Origin: Escherichia coli
GTDB taxonomy: Bacteria > Pseudomonadota > Gammaproteobacteria > Enterobacterales > Enterobacteriaceae
Assembly: GCF_003334355.1 (NCBI RefSeq)
Contig: NZ_QOWP01000009.1
Length of the DNA stretch: 64,000 bases
Reading direction: 5' to 3' (one strand)
The first letter of the stretch is position 1. The number at the start of each line of letters is the position of its first letter. The position numbers were made by a program, and so were the translations under genes. Under the pieces are notes generated by a model. That model did no database searches. It worked only from the letters and a program-made list of their open reading frames with translations, and was not told the DNA's origin. This document shows positions 53,400-64,000 of the stretch, piece after piece.

Positions 53400-54185
53400 C
53401 TACCAGGCACCGTGGTACTGAATGGTTTTCGCCGCGCACGCCGTTCCCTGCGCTATCGCCTGCGGTAATGTCATCCCCGCAGACCAGCCGCAAAGGAATC
53501 TGGCAATGAACGAATCTCCGGCACCCATGGTGTCGATAACCGTCACCGGTTCAGGAGCCTGACGCCAGAACTGCGCGCCATCCCAGGCAATGCTGCCGTT
53601 TTCACCCAGCGTGACAATCACTGTTCCTGCGCCACGGGCAACAATCGCTTTCATCTTCAGACGCAGCGTTTCGTCTTCTTGCGGTGCGGAGGCAAAGGCA
53701 AAATCGAGATGCGGCACCAGTGTCTGCCAGAGCGGGCTGTCCCACTTGTCGGAGAAGTCGAAAGCGGTAAGTTTGCCCGCAGCGTGCAGCTGTGGGAATG
53801 CGTCTTCCGCATGTCCCCAGATTGCCGCGTGCACAATGTCATACTGCGCCAGCCAGGCGTAATCCTCTTCACTCAGGGCAAAGTCGGCCATCACGCCTTC
53901 GGTGTAGTCGCCAAAAACGCGATCATTGTCGTGCAGTTCCACCTGAGTTTGTGCGGTAACGCCGTGTTTCGTATGGACATGGCTGATATCGACGCCCATG
54001 CGGGCGAGATCCTGCTTCAGCTTTGTGCCGTAGTCATCGTCACCCACCCAGGTAATGCATCCCGGCTGTATGCCGTAGCGAGTGCAGTACACCGCCACAT
54101 TGACCGCATTACCGCCAGAAAACGCTTTATTCAGTTGCGGGTAGATATCGACGCAGTTATCGCCGATTGTCGCCAGGGTTTTCAT
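53400..54185 (-). CDS. frlD: Fructoselysine 6-kinase (PfkB family)
   Basis: 261 aa; PfkB 'DTMGAGDSF' motif; start overlaps the frlC stop. Confidence 0.93.
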
Positions 54186-55012
54186 CTCTCATCCTCCGGC
54201 AGCAGCGCGCGAAAGCGTTCCAGCGCCTGGCGGGCATAGAGTCTGGGCTCGTTCATATACATCGTCACCAGCTCCACCGTACAGTAACCCTCATAGCCCC
54301 GCTCAATAATATCGCGCATCAGTTCCCGCAGCGGCATTTTGCCTTCTCCAGGAATGTAATGCGTGTCGCTGGCCCCGTCGCTGTCGACAATATGCAGATG
54401 ACGTAATTTATCGCCCAGTTTGTCGAAATAACTCATCACCGGTTCCGCCTGGACATACGGCGCGCAAATGTCGACCATGCTGAACAGGCGCGGCGAAGGC
54501 ACCAGCGCCAGCGCATGAAGCACATCATTAGCATTACACACGACGTTCGATTCATACGGCGTTAACGGTTCGAGGATTAGATCCATGCCGATGTTTTCCG
54601 CGTACTCACACAGTTCGCTTAGGTTCTCTGCCAGCCGTCCCCAGATAACATTAGGTGGCGTGAGATAGCCCGCGTGGGCCGCGGAAATCAGCGTATAACC
54701 CGCGTTCATCTCTTTTGCCATATCCATCGCCAGCTTGATCATGTCGAGGCTTTCGCGACGCATATGTTCATCGCCCAGCATCATGTTATACGGATAGCCG
54801 TTGGTTTCTGGCGTATAGCCGATAATCGGCATCTGATACGTCTGCGCCAGCGCCTTGATTTGTTTGATGCCGCCCGCTTTTAAGTCCGGCGCGAACGCGT
54901 GCGGGCGACCGCCCCAAATTTCGATGCCGTCGTAACCCAGCTCGCTTGCATCACGAAATGCGTGTTCAATAGGCAGCCGCTGGTGGCCGCAGGTAAACAT
55001 ACCTGTTTTCAT
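54182..55012 (-). CDS. frlC: Fructoselysine 3-epimerase (TIM-barrel sugar isomerase-like)
   Basis: 276 aa from the ATG at 55010-55012 ([13 protein letters not shown]...). Confidence 0.9.
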
Positions 55013-55061
55013 CGGGTAACTCCTTGCGTAAATCCGGCACGTTGCCGGGCCGGGAGAGGGA

Positions 55062-56084
55062 TTAATATTCCACCAGACCACCGTAATAGCGGCGTTCATC
55101 CGGGTTGTGATCTTTGTAAATAGACAGGTAGTAGCAGAGCCACTCCATTGGCACGAACATCAGGAACGGTGCCAGCCACGGGTGCAGCCCTTGCGAAATT
55201 TCGGCGTAATCGATGACGATCACGTTGTCAGTACGCTGTTTAACAAAGTTAATGGCGCGTTCGGTGGTGTGGCGACTTTCATCATTGCCGAGCAGGAACA
55301 GGAACGGAACGCCCGGTTCGACAATCTCCAGCGGGCCATGGCGGAACTCTCCGCTCTCAATCACGCAGCCGTGCGTCCAGGTAAATTCCATCAGCGTTAC
55401 AATGCCTTCTTTGTAACCCAGCGGACGCAGCGGACCCGCAGCAACGGTATAAATCATCGGCCACTGGCTGGCCAGTTCACCAAGCTGGCGGCCTTTTTCT
55501 TCCCAGGTGCGTACCAGATGACCGAGCGCATTCGGCAACTGCTTGAGATCGTTTTTGATCTTGCCGATTTCCGCGTTCGGCGCGAGGCGGGTGATCATCT
55601 CCAGCACCACGCTGTAGCAGAGCAGCAGGTGAATTTCCCAGATACAGTCGGCCTGATAATCAATGCTAAATTCCGCCGCCGAGGTAATCGGGCTATCCGC
55701 GCGTTTGGTGAACGCCGCAGTGAGTGCGCCGCAGGCCCGGCCCAGCTCCAGCGCTTTGATTACCTCTTCGGTTTTACCGTAGTCAGAAACGCCAATTACT
55801 GCGCAACGATCGTCGAGGCGATACGGGGTGTTATCGCAGAACTCCCAGCCGGAAATGGCGTAGACCTGAAGATCGGAAAAGCGATCCGCCAGATGTTTCG
55901 CCGTTTGCGCCGCGTTGAGTGGCGATCCGCAGGCAACGAAATAAATACGATCAATGTCGCGCTTCACCATCTCTTCCACGATGGCGTGCACCAGCGGAAC
56001 GTCATGGCTGAGAACTTTTTCCACTTCCTGAACCATATTTTCGGTGACCAGAAAGTCCACGGTGCTTTTATCAATATCCAACAT
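55062..56084 (-). CDS. frlB: Fructoselysine-6-phosphate deglycase (SIS domains)
   Basis: 340 aa from the ATG at 56082-56084 ([11 protein letters not shown]...). Confidence 0.9.
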
Positions 56085-56104
56085 TTTATTTTCTCCAGAT
56101 AACA

Positions 56105-57493
<1,389 letters not shown>

Positions 57494-57660
57494 TTAAAAG
57501 GTAACATGACAATGCATGATGAATATAACAACATATGATGTTATGTAATGTGGAGGAAGATCACAAAATTTCGCACAGGATCGCGCTGTGGCTAATGGAT
57601 GTAGTTATCAAATTGAATTTAAAGTGAAAATATTTTTACGGGCGGGGGCAAGAAGGACAT

Positions 57661-57696
57661 AGAAACAAATACGCCCTCGGAAAATCCAGAGGGCGT
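57661..57696 (-). terminator. Candidate terminator downstream of yhfL
   Basis: ACGCCCTC-(loop)-GAGGGCGT hairpin followed on the minus strand by ATTTGTTTCT. Confidence 0.5.
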
Positions 57697-57736
57697 CGGG
57701 CAATTAAACCGGTGTTAGCCGATTTCTGTCAGAGAC

Positions 57737-57904
57737 TTACTGTGCAGTAGGACCGCAACCGCCAATGATTTTAGAAATAGAAATTGCCGGGTGCAGCAGG
57801 TAGTCGTAAGAGCAGTTCTTATCACGGTTTTCAATATGACCAGTACATGCAGTTAACGTAGCCAGTACTGCACCTACCAGTGCAACTTTAATAAATTTGT
57901 TCAT
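57737..57904 (-). CDS. yhfL: Small putative lipoprotein YhfL
   Basis: 55-aa ORF below the ORF-track cutoff, translated by hand: MNKFIKVALVGAVLATLTACTGHIENRDKNCSYDYLLHPAISISKIIGGCGPTAQ; signal peptide with lipobox 'LTAC'. Confidence 0.7.
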   Translation of the reverse strand: MNKFIKVALVGAVLATLTACTGHIENRDKNCSYDYLLHPAISISKIIGGCGPTAQ

Positions 57905-58150
57905 TTACATTCCCTATGTATTATATATTAATTAATATTCATTGATTATATGAATATAAGCAGACTGCTCGTTAAGAACGATACAGGAATATTTAATTGG
58001 CGTCAGTGAGCGAATGACTTAATTTTGTAAGTCGCTGTAACGGTGAATATAACCCATTAGCAGATAATATTTATTAAGGGGCTATGTTTTATTTGCTGAA
58101 TATATAAAAAGAGTCATTAAGAAGGCCAGAATTCTCTGGCCCGGGTTAAA

Positions 58151-59524
58151 TTAATGGTTGGAGAACCAGTTCAGTTTATCGCGCAGGCCAACAACCCGAC
58201 CAATAATAATTAGCGATGGACTGTTCATTTGCTGCGCCAGTTCTCCCAGCTGTGTGAGCGTACCGTCAATCACGCGCTGCGTGACTGCCGTACCGTTTTC
58301 GACAATTGCCACCGGCATTTCGCCTGGCATTCCGTGTTCAATCAGCTTTTGCTGAATAGTCGCGGCCTGATTCAACCCCATATAGAACACCAGCGTCTGT
58401 TTTTCTGCCGCCAGGTTTTCCCAGTCCAGCTCGCCACCGGTTTTTAAGTGTCCGGTAATTAAGCGTACGCTCTGGGCATAATCGCGATGCGTGAGTGGAA
58501 TACCCGAATAGGCAGAGCAACCAGAAGCTGCGGTAATACCCGGAACCACCGAGAACGGAATACCCGCGTTGCACAGTGTTTCCAGCTCTTCGCCACCACG
58601 GCCAAAAATAAACGGATCGCCACCTTTCAGCCGCACCACGCGTTTGCCTTTTTGCGCTTCCCGCAGCAGGATCTGGTTAATCTCTTCCTGGGGTACGCAG
58701 TGGTATCCCGCGCGTTTGCCGACGAAAACACGGTCCGCATCGCGGCGTACCAGATTCATAATATCGTCAGAAACCAGACGGTCGTAGACCACCACATCTG
58801 CCTGCTGAATTTGTTGCAGTCCTTTCAGTGTCAGCAGCCCGGCATCGCCCGGACCTGCACCAACCAGCACCACTTCACCGCGATGGTCGAGCGGTTCGTT
58901 GATTAACTGTTCGGTCGTTTCAGTAATGGCTTTCTGATCGTTGTTTGCCAGCGACTGCGCCAGGCGGTCGTTAACGAACAATTTCTCCCAGAAACGGCGA
59001 CGCTCACCCATCGTGGCGAACTGTTGTTTCACTCGCCCGCGTAATTGCCCGGCGTATTTCGCTACCTGGCCCAGATGTAACGGCAGCAGTGATTCAAGTT
59101 TTTCGCGCAACAGGCGTGCCAGAACCGGAGAGGTGCCGCCAGAGGAGACCGCTACCATGAGCGGTGAGCGGTCAATAATCGACGGCATAATAAAGCTGGC
59201 GGCTTTCGGCGCATCGACCACGTTACAGAAGATGCGACGAGCTTCAGCGGCTTCGCTGACGCGCTGGTTAAGCGCGTCATCATCCGTCGCTGCAATCGCC
59301 AGCCAGCAGGTGTCGAGAAGGCTTTCATCAAATGGCCCTTCGACGAGGGTTAACATGCCTGCATCTGCCCATGCGGTGAACTGTGGAATAAACGCTAATG
59401 CATTCACCGTTAAGCGAGCGCCTGCGTCTAACAGCAACCTTGCTTTGCGTTCCGCGACATCACCACCGCCGACAATCAGACAGTCGCGATCGCGTAATTG
59501 GCAAAATATAGGCAAATGATCCAC
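58151..59524 (-). CDS. cysG: Siroheme synthase (multifunctional)
   Basis: 457 aa; methyltransferase motif '[15 protein letters not shown]' in the C-terminal half. Confidence 0.96.
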
Positions 59525-59542
59525 GTAAAAACCCCTTAGTAA

Positions 59543-60349
59543 TTAACCGGCAGCCGTTTCAGTTTGATTAAATTTGTCCGCAACCGGACGATTCGCTTTC
59601 GGCGTAGCATACCAATAACCCAATCCCATGAATACGGCACCTGATAAAGTATTACCCAGCGTCACCCACAGCAGGTTATGACCAATACCCGCCAGCGTGT
59701 AGGCTTCGCTGTGGTTGCCGAACCAGGAGAGCGCGAACAGCGTCATGTTAGCGATAGAGTGCTCGTAGCCGGACGCGATAAATGCCAGCAGACACCACCA
59801 GATAGCGATAAATTTCGCCGCCCCTTCAGTGCGCAGCGCCATCCAGATTGCCAGGCAAACCAGCCAGTTACACAATGCACCTTTGAAGAAGAGTACCATT
59901 GCCGGTGCAGTGGTTTTAGCCAGCGCGACGGAGTGAACGATGCTGGTATCTACCGGCAGCAGGCTACCGCCGCCCCAGCTATAGAGCATGGCAACGAAGA
60001 CGGAACCGACCAGGTTACCCAGCCAGGTTTGCGGCAGGATTGCCCACATTTGCCCGTGGCTGATGCTGCCCGCTTTTACCCCAAAGGTGAGGAACATGGT
60101 GTGTCCGGTGAACAGTTCAGAACCGGCGATAATCACCAGCGTTAAGGCGATACCAAAGGTCGCGCCCATCACCAAAGGGCGTACGGATGGATCGAGCAAA
60201 TTACCGAGCGTGAAAATCAGGATGATCCCAAGACCCACATACGCGCCCGCCATGGCGGAGCTGACCCAAAAGCCGAGCGGGTTATTTGCCGACAGGCGTG
60301 CAATGCGCGCAGCGTTAGCCGCACACTTATTAATAGTGTCTGTAAACAT
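59543..60349 (-). CDS. nirC: Nitrite transporter (formate/nitrite transporter family)
   Basis: 268 aa polytopic membrane protein between nirD and cysG. Confidence 0.95.
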   Translation of the reverse strand: MFTDTINKCAANAARIARLSANNPLGFWVSSAMAGAYVGLGIILIFTLGNLLDPSVRPLVMGATFGIALTLVIIAGSELFTGHTMFLTFGVKAGSISHGQMWAILPQTWLGNLVGSVFVAMLYSWGGGSLLPVDTSIVHSVALAKTTAPAMVLFFKGALCNWLVCLAIWMALRTEGAAKFIAIWWCLLAFIASGYEHSIANMTLFALSWFGNHSEAYTLAGIGHNLLWVTLGNTLSGAVFMGLGYWYATPKANRPVADKFNQTETAAG

Positions 60350-60435
60350 TTGATTATCCTTTAAAAAATAAAAACAAAAAATAAAACAAAAAGTTTAAAA
60401 AATGTCCTGCAATATACCGAAGATTATTACAGGAC

Positions 60436-60466
60436 CATGCAAAAAGGGGAGGCATTGCGCCTCCCG
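60436..60466 (-). terminator. Intra-operon hairpin with T-tract between nirD and nirC
   Basis: GGGAGGC-(5 nt)-GCCTCCC hairpin followed on the minus strand by TTTTTGC. Confidence 0.5.
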
Positions 60467-60474
60467 TTAAAACA

Positions 60475-60801
60475 TTAACCGCGCAGCTGCACCACGCCGT
60501 CTTTCACTCGCGCTTCGTAATGTTTGACGGAAAACTGTTCGTCTTCCATGCACAAGCCGTCGCTTAAGCGAAAACGCTGTTTTTTCAGCGGGCTGGCGAC
60601 CCACAGCTCGCCCTGGTGTTCCGCAATCAGTCCGCGTGACAGCACGCTGGACTCGAAGAACGGGTCGATGTTGCTGATCGCAAACACCTGATCGCTGTGA
60701 TACGGGCGGAAAATCGCGACCTGCTCGTCACCTAACAGCGCGCAGACGCCGGTTTCAGGCAGGATGTCATCGATTTTGCAGATGTCTTTCCACTGGCTCA
60801 T
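60475..60801 (-). CDS. nirD: Nitrite reductase (NADH) small subunit
   Basis: 108 aa; start overlaps the nirB stop (ATGA at 60798-60801). Confidence 0.95.
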   Translation of the reverse strand: MSQWKDICKIDDILPETGVCALLGDEQVAIFRPYHSDQVFAISNIDPFFESSVLSRGLIAEHQGELWVASPLKKQRFRLSDGLCMEDEQFSVKHYEARVKDGVVQLRG

Positions 60802-63341
60802 GCGTTGTCCTCCACCAGAGTTACTGGGATACGTTCATACGGCGTTGCCGGACGGTGCTGTTCGCGCTCTGGCACCATCTGCACGTTCGGGTCACGCTTG
60901 TCGCTGTTGATGAAGTGTTTGAAGCGAGTCTGCGCAGACGGCGTATTGACCGTTTCAGTCCACTCACACAGTACCGCTTCACGCAGGCGCGCCATCTCTT
61001 CTTCCAGATGTGCGTTCAGCCCCAGTTTGTCGTCAATGATCACTGCTTTCAGGTAATCGATGCCGCCTTCGAGGTTTTCTAACCACGGTGCGGTACGCGT
61101 CAGTTTGTCGGCAGTACGGATGTAGAACATCATGAAGCGGTCGAGATATTTGATCAGCGTTTCGCGATCGATATCCGCCGCCAGCAGATCCGCATGACGC
61201 GGTTTCATGCCGCCGTTACCGCAAACATACAGGTTCCAGCCTTTTTCAGTGGCGATAATACCCACGTCTTTACCCTGAGCTTCTGAACATTCACGGGTAC
61301 AGCCGGAGACACCGAACTTCATTTTGTGCGGCGTACGGATGCCTTTGTAGCGGTTTTCCAGTTCCACGCCGAGGCCGACGCTGTCGCCAACGCCGTAGCG
61401 GCACCAGGTGCTACCCACGCAGGTTTTCGCCATACGCAGTGCTTTCGCATAGGCATGACCGGTTTCGAAGCCGGCTTCAATCAGCTGACGCCAGATCTCC
61501 GGCAGATCGTCTTTCTGTGCGCCAAACATCGCCAGACGCTGGGAGCCAGTGATCTTGGTGTAGAGATTAAATTCACGCGCGATACGACCTACCGCCATCA
61601 GCCCTTCCGGGGTGATTTCACCGCCCGGAGAACGCGGGATCACCGAGTAGGTGCCGTCTTTCTGGATGTTAGCGAGGAAGTTGTCGTTAGAATCCTGCAG
61701 CGGAGTATGTTCCGGCTTCAGAATGTATTCGTTCCAGCAGGAGGCCAGCAGCGAACCGACGGTTGGTTTACAAACTTCACAACCGTAGCCTTTGCCGTGT
61801 TTCGCCAGCAGTTCTTCGAAGGTTTTAATGCCTTCAACGCGGATCAAATGGAACAGTTCCTGACGCGAATAAGCAAAGTGTTCGCACAGGTTGTTGTTAA
61901 CTTCGATGCCCTGTTTCGCCAGTTCCGCGTTCAGTACCTGAGTGACCAGCGGGATACAGCCACCGCAGCCAGTACCCGCTTTGGTTTCAGCTTTCAGCGC
62001 CGCAACTGTGTGGCAGCCTTTGTTGATGGCAGCAATCAGATCACCTTTGGTGACGTCGAAGCAGGAGCAGATTTGCGCGCTGTCCGGCAGTTTATCAACA
62101 CCGATAGACGGCTTGCCGCTACCCGAGTGTGCTGGCAGGATCAGGGAATCCGGGTTTTCCGGCAGTTCGATAGCGTTCAGCACCAGTTGCAGCAGGTTAC
62201 CGTAGTCGCTGGTATCGCCCACCAGTACCGCACCGAGCAGGGTTTTGTTGTCTTCGCTGACAATCAGGCGTTTGTAGATCTCTTTACTTTCGTCGAGGTA
62301 AACGTAGCTACGTGCGCCAGGCGTGCGACCGTGCGCATCACCAATACCGCCTACGTCTACGCCCAGCAGTTTCAGCTTGGCGCTAAGGTCAGCACCTTCA
62401 AAGGCGTTTTCGCTACCGAGAATATGGTCAACGGCGACCTGCGCCATTTTGTAGCCAGGTGCTACCAGACCAAATACACGGTTGTTCCAGCTTGCGCATT
62501 CACCGATGGCGTAGATATCCGGATCGGAAGTCTGGCAGGAATCATTAATGACAATACCCCCACGCGGAGCAACGTCCAGACCACACTGGGTTGCCAGCTT
62601 ATCGCGCGGACGGATACCGGTAGAGAAGACGATAAAGTCGACTTCCAGTTCGCTGCCGTCGGCAAAACGCATGGTTTTACGCGCTTCAACACCTTCCTGC
62701 ACAATCTCAAGGGTGTTTTTGCTGGTGTGAACGCGCACGCCCATACTTTCGATTTTGCGACGCAGCTGCTCGCCGCCCATCTGATCAAGCTGTTCTGCCA
62801 TCAGCATAGGGGCAAATTCGATAACGTGGGTTTCAATACCTAAGTTTTTCAGCGCGCCTGCGGCTTCCAGACCTAACAGGCCGCCACCAACAACGGCACC
62901 GCGTTTGCTGCGACGGGCGCAGGATTCAATGGCGTTGAGGTCTTCAATAGTGCGATAGACAAAGCAGTCCTGAGTATCAGAACCTTTGATTGGCGGGATC
63001 CACGGGTAGGAACCGGTTGCCATGATCAGCTTGTCATAAAAAACGGTACGTCCGGCGCTGGAGTGAATCACCTTCTCCTGACGGTTGATGGTGATAGCGC
63101 GTTCGCCGACCAGAACTTTGATGCCGTGTTTCTCGTAGAAGCCTTCGCGCACCAGCGACAGCTCTTCGGCGGTGTGGTGAGAGAAGTAAGACGAGAGGTG
63201 TACGCGGTCATAAGCGATGCGCGGTTCTTCACAGAAAACGGTAATATCAAAGTTGGCCGCATCAGATTTATCAAGAAGATCTTCGATAAAGCGATGGCCG
63301 ACCATACCGTTACCGATAATTGCGAGTCTGACTTTGCTCAT
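60798..63341 (-). CDS. nirB: Nitrite reductase (NADH) large subunit
   Basis: 847 aa; N-terminal dinucleotide-binding 'IIGNGMVG'; FNR site upstream. Confidence 0.97.
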   Translation of the reverse strand: MSKVRLAIIGNGMVGHRFIEDLLDKSDAANFDITVFCEEPRIAYDRVHLSSYFSHHTAEELSLVREGFYEKHGIKVLVGERAITINRQEKVIHSSAGRTVFYDKLIMATGSYPWIPPIKGSDTQDCFVYRTIEDLNAIESCARRSKRGAVVGGGLLGLEAAGALKNLGIETHVIEFAPMLMAEQLDQMGGEQLRRKIESMGVRVHTSKNTLEIVQEGVEARKTMRFADGSELEVDFIVFSTGIRPRDKLATQCGLDVAPRGGIVINDSCQTSDPDIYAIGECASWNNRVFGLVAPGYKMAQVAVDHILGSENAFEGADLSAKLKLLGVDVGGIGDAHGRTPGARSYVYLDESKEIYKRLIVSEDNKTLLGAVLVGDTSDYGNLLQLVLNAIELPENPDSLILPAHSGSGKPSIGVDKLPDSAQICSCFDVTKGDLIAAINKGCHTVAALKAETKAGTGCGGCIPLVTQVLNAELAKQGIEVNNNLCEHFAYSRQELFHLIRVEGIKTFEELLAKHGKGYGCEVCKPTVGSLLASCWNEYILKPEHTPLQDSNDNFLANIQKDGTYSVIPRSPGGEITPEGLMAVGRIAREFNLYTKITGSQRLAMFGAQKDDLPEIWRQLIEAGFETGHAYAKALRMAKTCVGSTWCRYGVGDSVGLGVELENRYKGIRTPHKMKFGVSGCTRECSEAQGKDVGIIATEKGWNLYVCGNGGMKPRHADLLAADIDRETLIKYLDRFMMFYIRTADKLTRTAPWLENLEGGIDYLKAVIIDDKLGLNAHLEEEMARLREAVLCEWTETVNTPSAQTRFKHFINSDKRDPNVQMVPEREQHRPATPYERIPVTLVEDNA

Positions 63342-63399
63342 TTTTGCCTCGATTTCTTTTCTATTACCGCCTACCTTAACGATTCAGCAACCCCGCTTA

Positions 63400-63413
63400 T
63401 TGATGTAAATCAA
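63400..63413 (-). promoter_or_regulatory. FNR binding site of the nirB promoter
   Basis: Perfect TTGATgtaaATCAA centred about 65 bp upstream of the nirB ATG. Confidence 0.8.
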
Positions 63414-63602
63414 ATTCACCTTTATATACTCCTTAAGGGGTATATTGCTGATTTGTATAAATTTTCTTAAGTCACGGAATTGTCTGATATTTCATGTTTG
63501 TGCAAAAAATAGACAAAATGAGCGGGTTTATAGAAATAGATGCACGTAGCGGGGGAAGAGAGGAAAAGGCCGGACGACGATAGTGCCGTCCGGCATGAGC
63601 AA

Positions 63603-64000
63603 TTAATGAGAGGTCAGGGTGTTATGCTGACGGTGACGGCTGACGAAACCTAACAGGAAGCACATCACAAAGACGACAGCGTACAGACCGTTTGCTGTAA
63701 GCAGTGCCGCCTGCGGACCGCTATGTTCAACGATCGGGCCGGTAACCACAAAGGTCAACATAGTACCGATGGTTCCGCAGGTCAGGACAAAGTTAACCAG
63801 TTTTGGCGACGGTACTTTGGTCTGCTGTGAACCCAGGGTGATGATGGTGGTATAGATCGCGCTGGAGAAGAAGCCCAGAGCGAGAATTGACCACGCCATA
63901 TGTGCTGGTGTTCCGGTGTTAAAGACGTACATCAGAATCGCAGCCAGACCAGCCAGTACGGTCAGAATGCGTTGCAAATCAAAGAAGCGAAGAATAAAGC
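63603..64000 (-). CDS. tsgA: MFS-type transporter TsgA, C-terminal part (5' end lies beyond the window end)
   Basis: Reading frame stays open from the stop at 63603-63605 to base 64000; hydrophobic MFS-like C-terminus; the ORF-track start at 63977 is a TTG, not the real start. Confidence 0.8.

Noticed and set aside
55107-56102. 331-aa ORF on the plus strand
   Set aside because: Antisense to frlB; shadow ORF.
61326-62843. 505-aa ORF on the plus strand
   Set aside because: Entirely antisense to nirB; no start context; composition of a shadow ORF.

Overview
This window reads as a contiguous, syntenic stretch of Escherichia coli core chromosome (K-12-like), running from the 3' end of rtcB to the 3' part of tsgA. 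Identification is from recall of the translated proteins and their motifs; no database search was run. I call 56 protein-coding genes (two partial at the window edges, one small lipoprotein below the ORF-track cutoff), packed into known operons: rtcBA, malT / malPQ, gntT, gntX-nfuA, bioH, rpnA(yhgA), feoABC, tex, greB, ompR-envZ, pck, yhgE, hslRO-yrfG-igaA, nudE, mrcA, hofMNOPQ, aroKB-damX-dam-rpe-gph-trpS, yhfZ-yhfS, frlABCDR, yhfL, and nirBDC-cysG. I found no rRNA, tRNA, CRISPR array, insertion sequence, prophage or integrase, and no sign of a foreign island. Intergenic regions carry REP-type palindromes, hairpin terminators and a few recognisable operator motifs (MalT boxes, FNR half-sites, Fur-like and GntR-like sites). 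The best candidate for an undescribed system is the eight-gene yhfZ-yhfS module, whose substrate is unassigned as far as I know. The second is rpnA, where a canonical Shine-Dalgarno plus in-frame ATG sits inside the 3' end of the gene. All coordinates were checked against the sequence; protein lengths quoted as expected are from memory.
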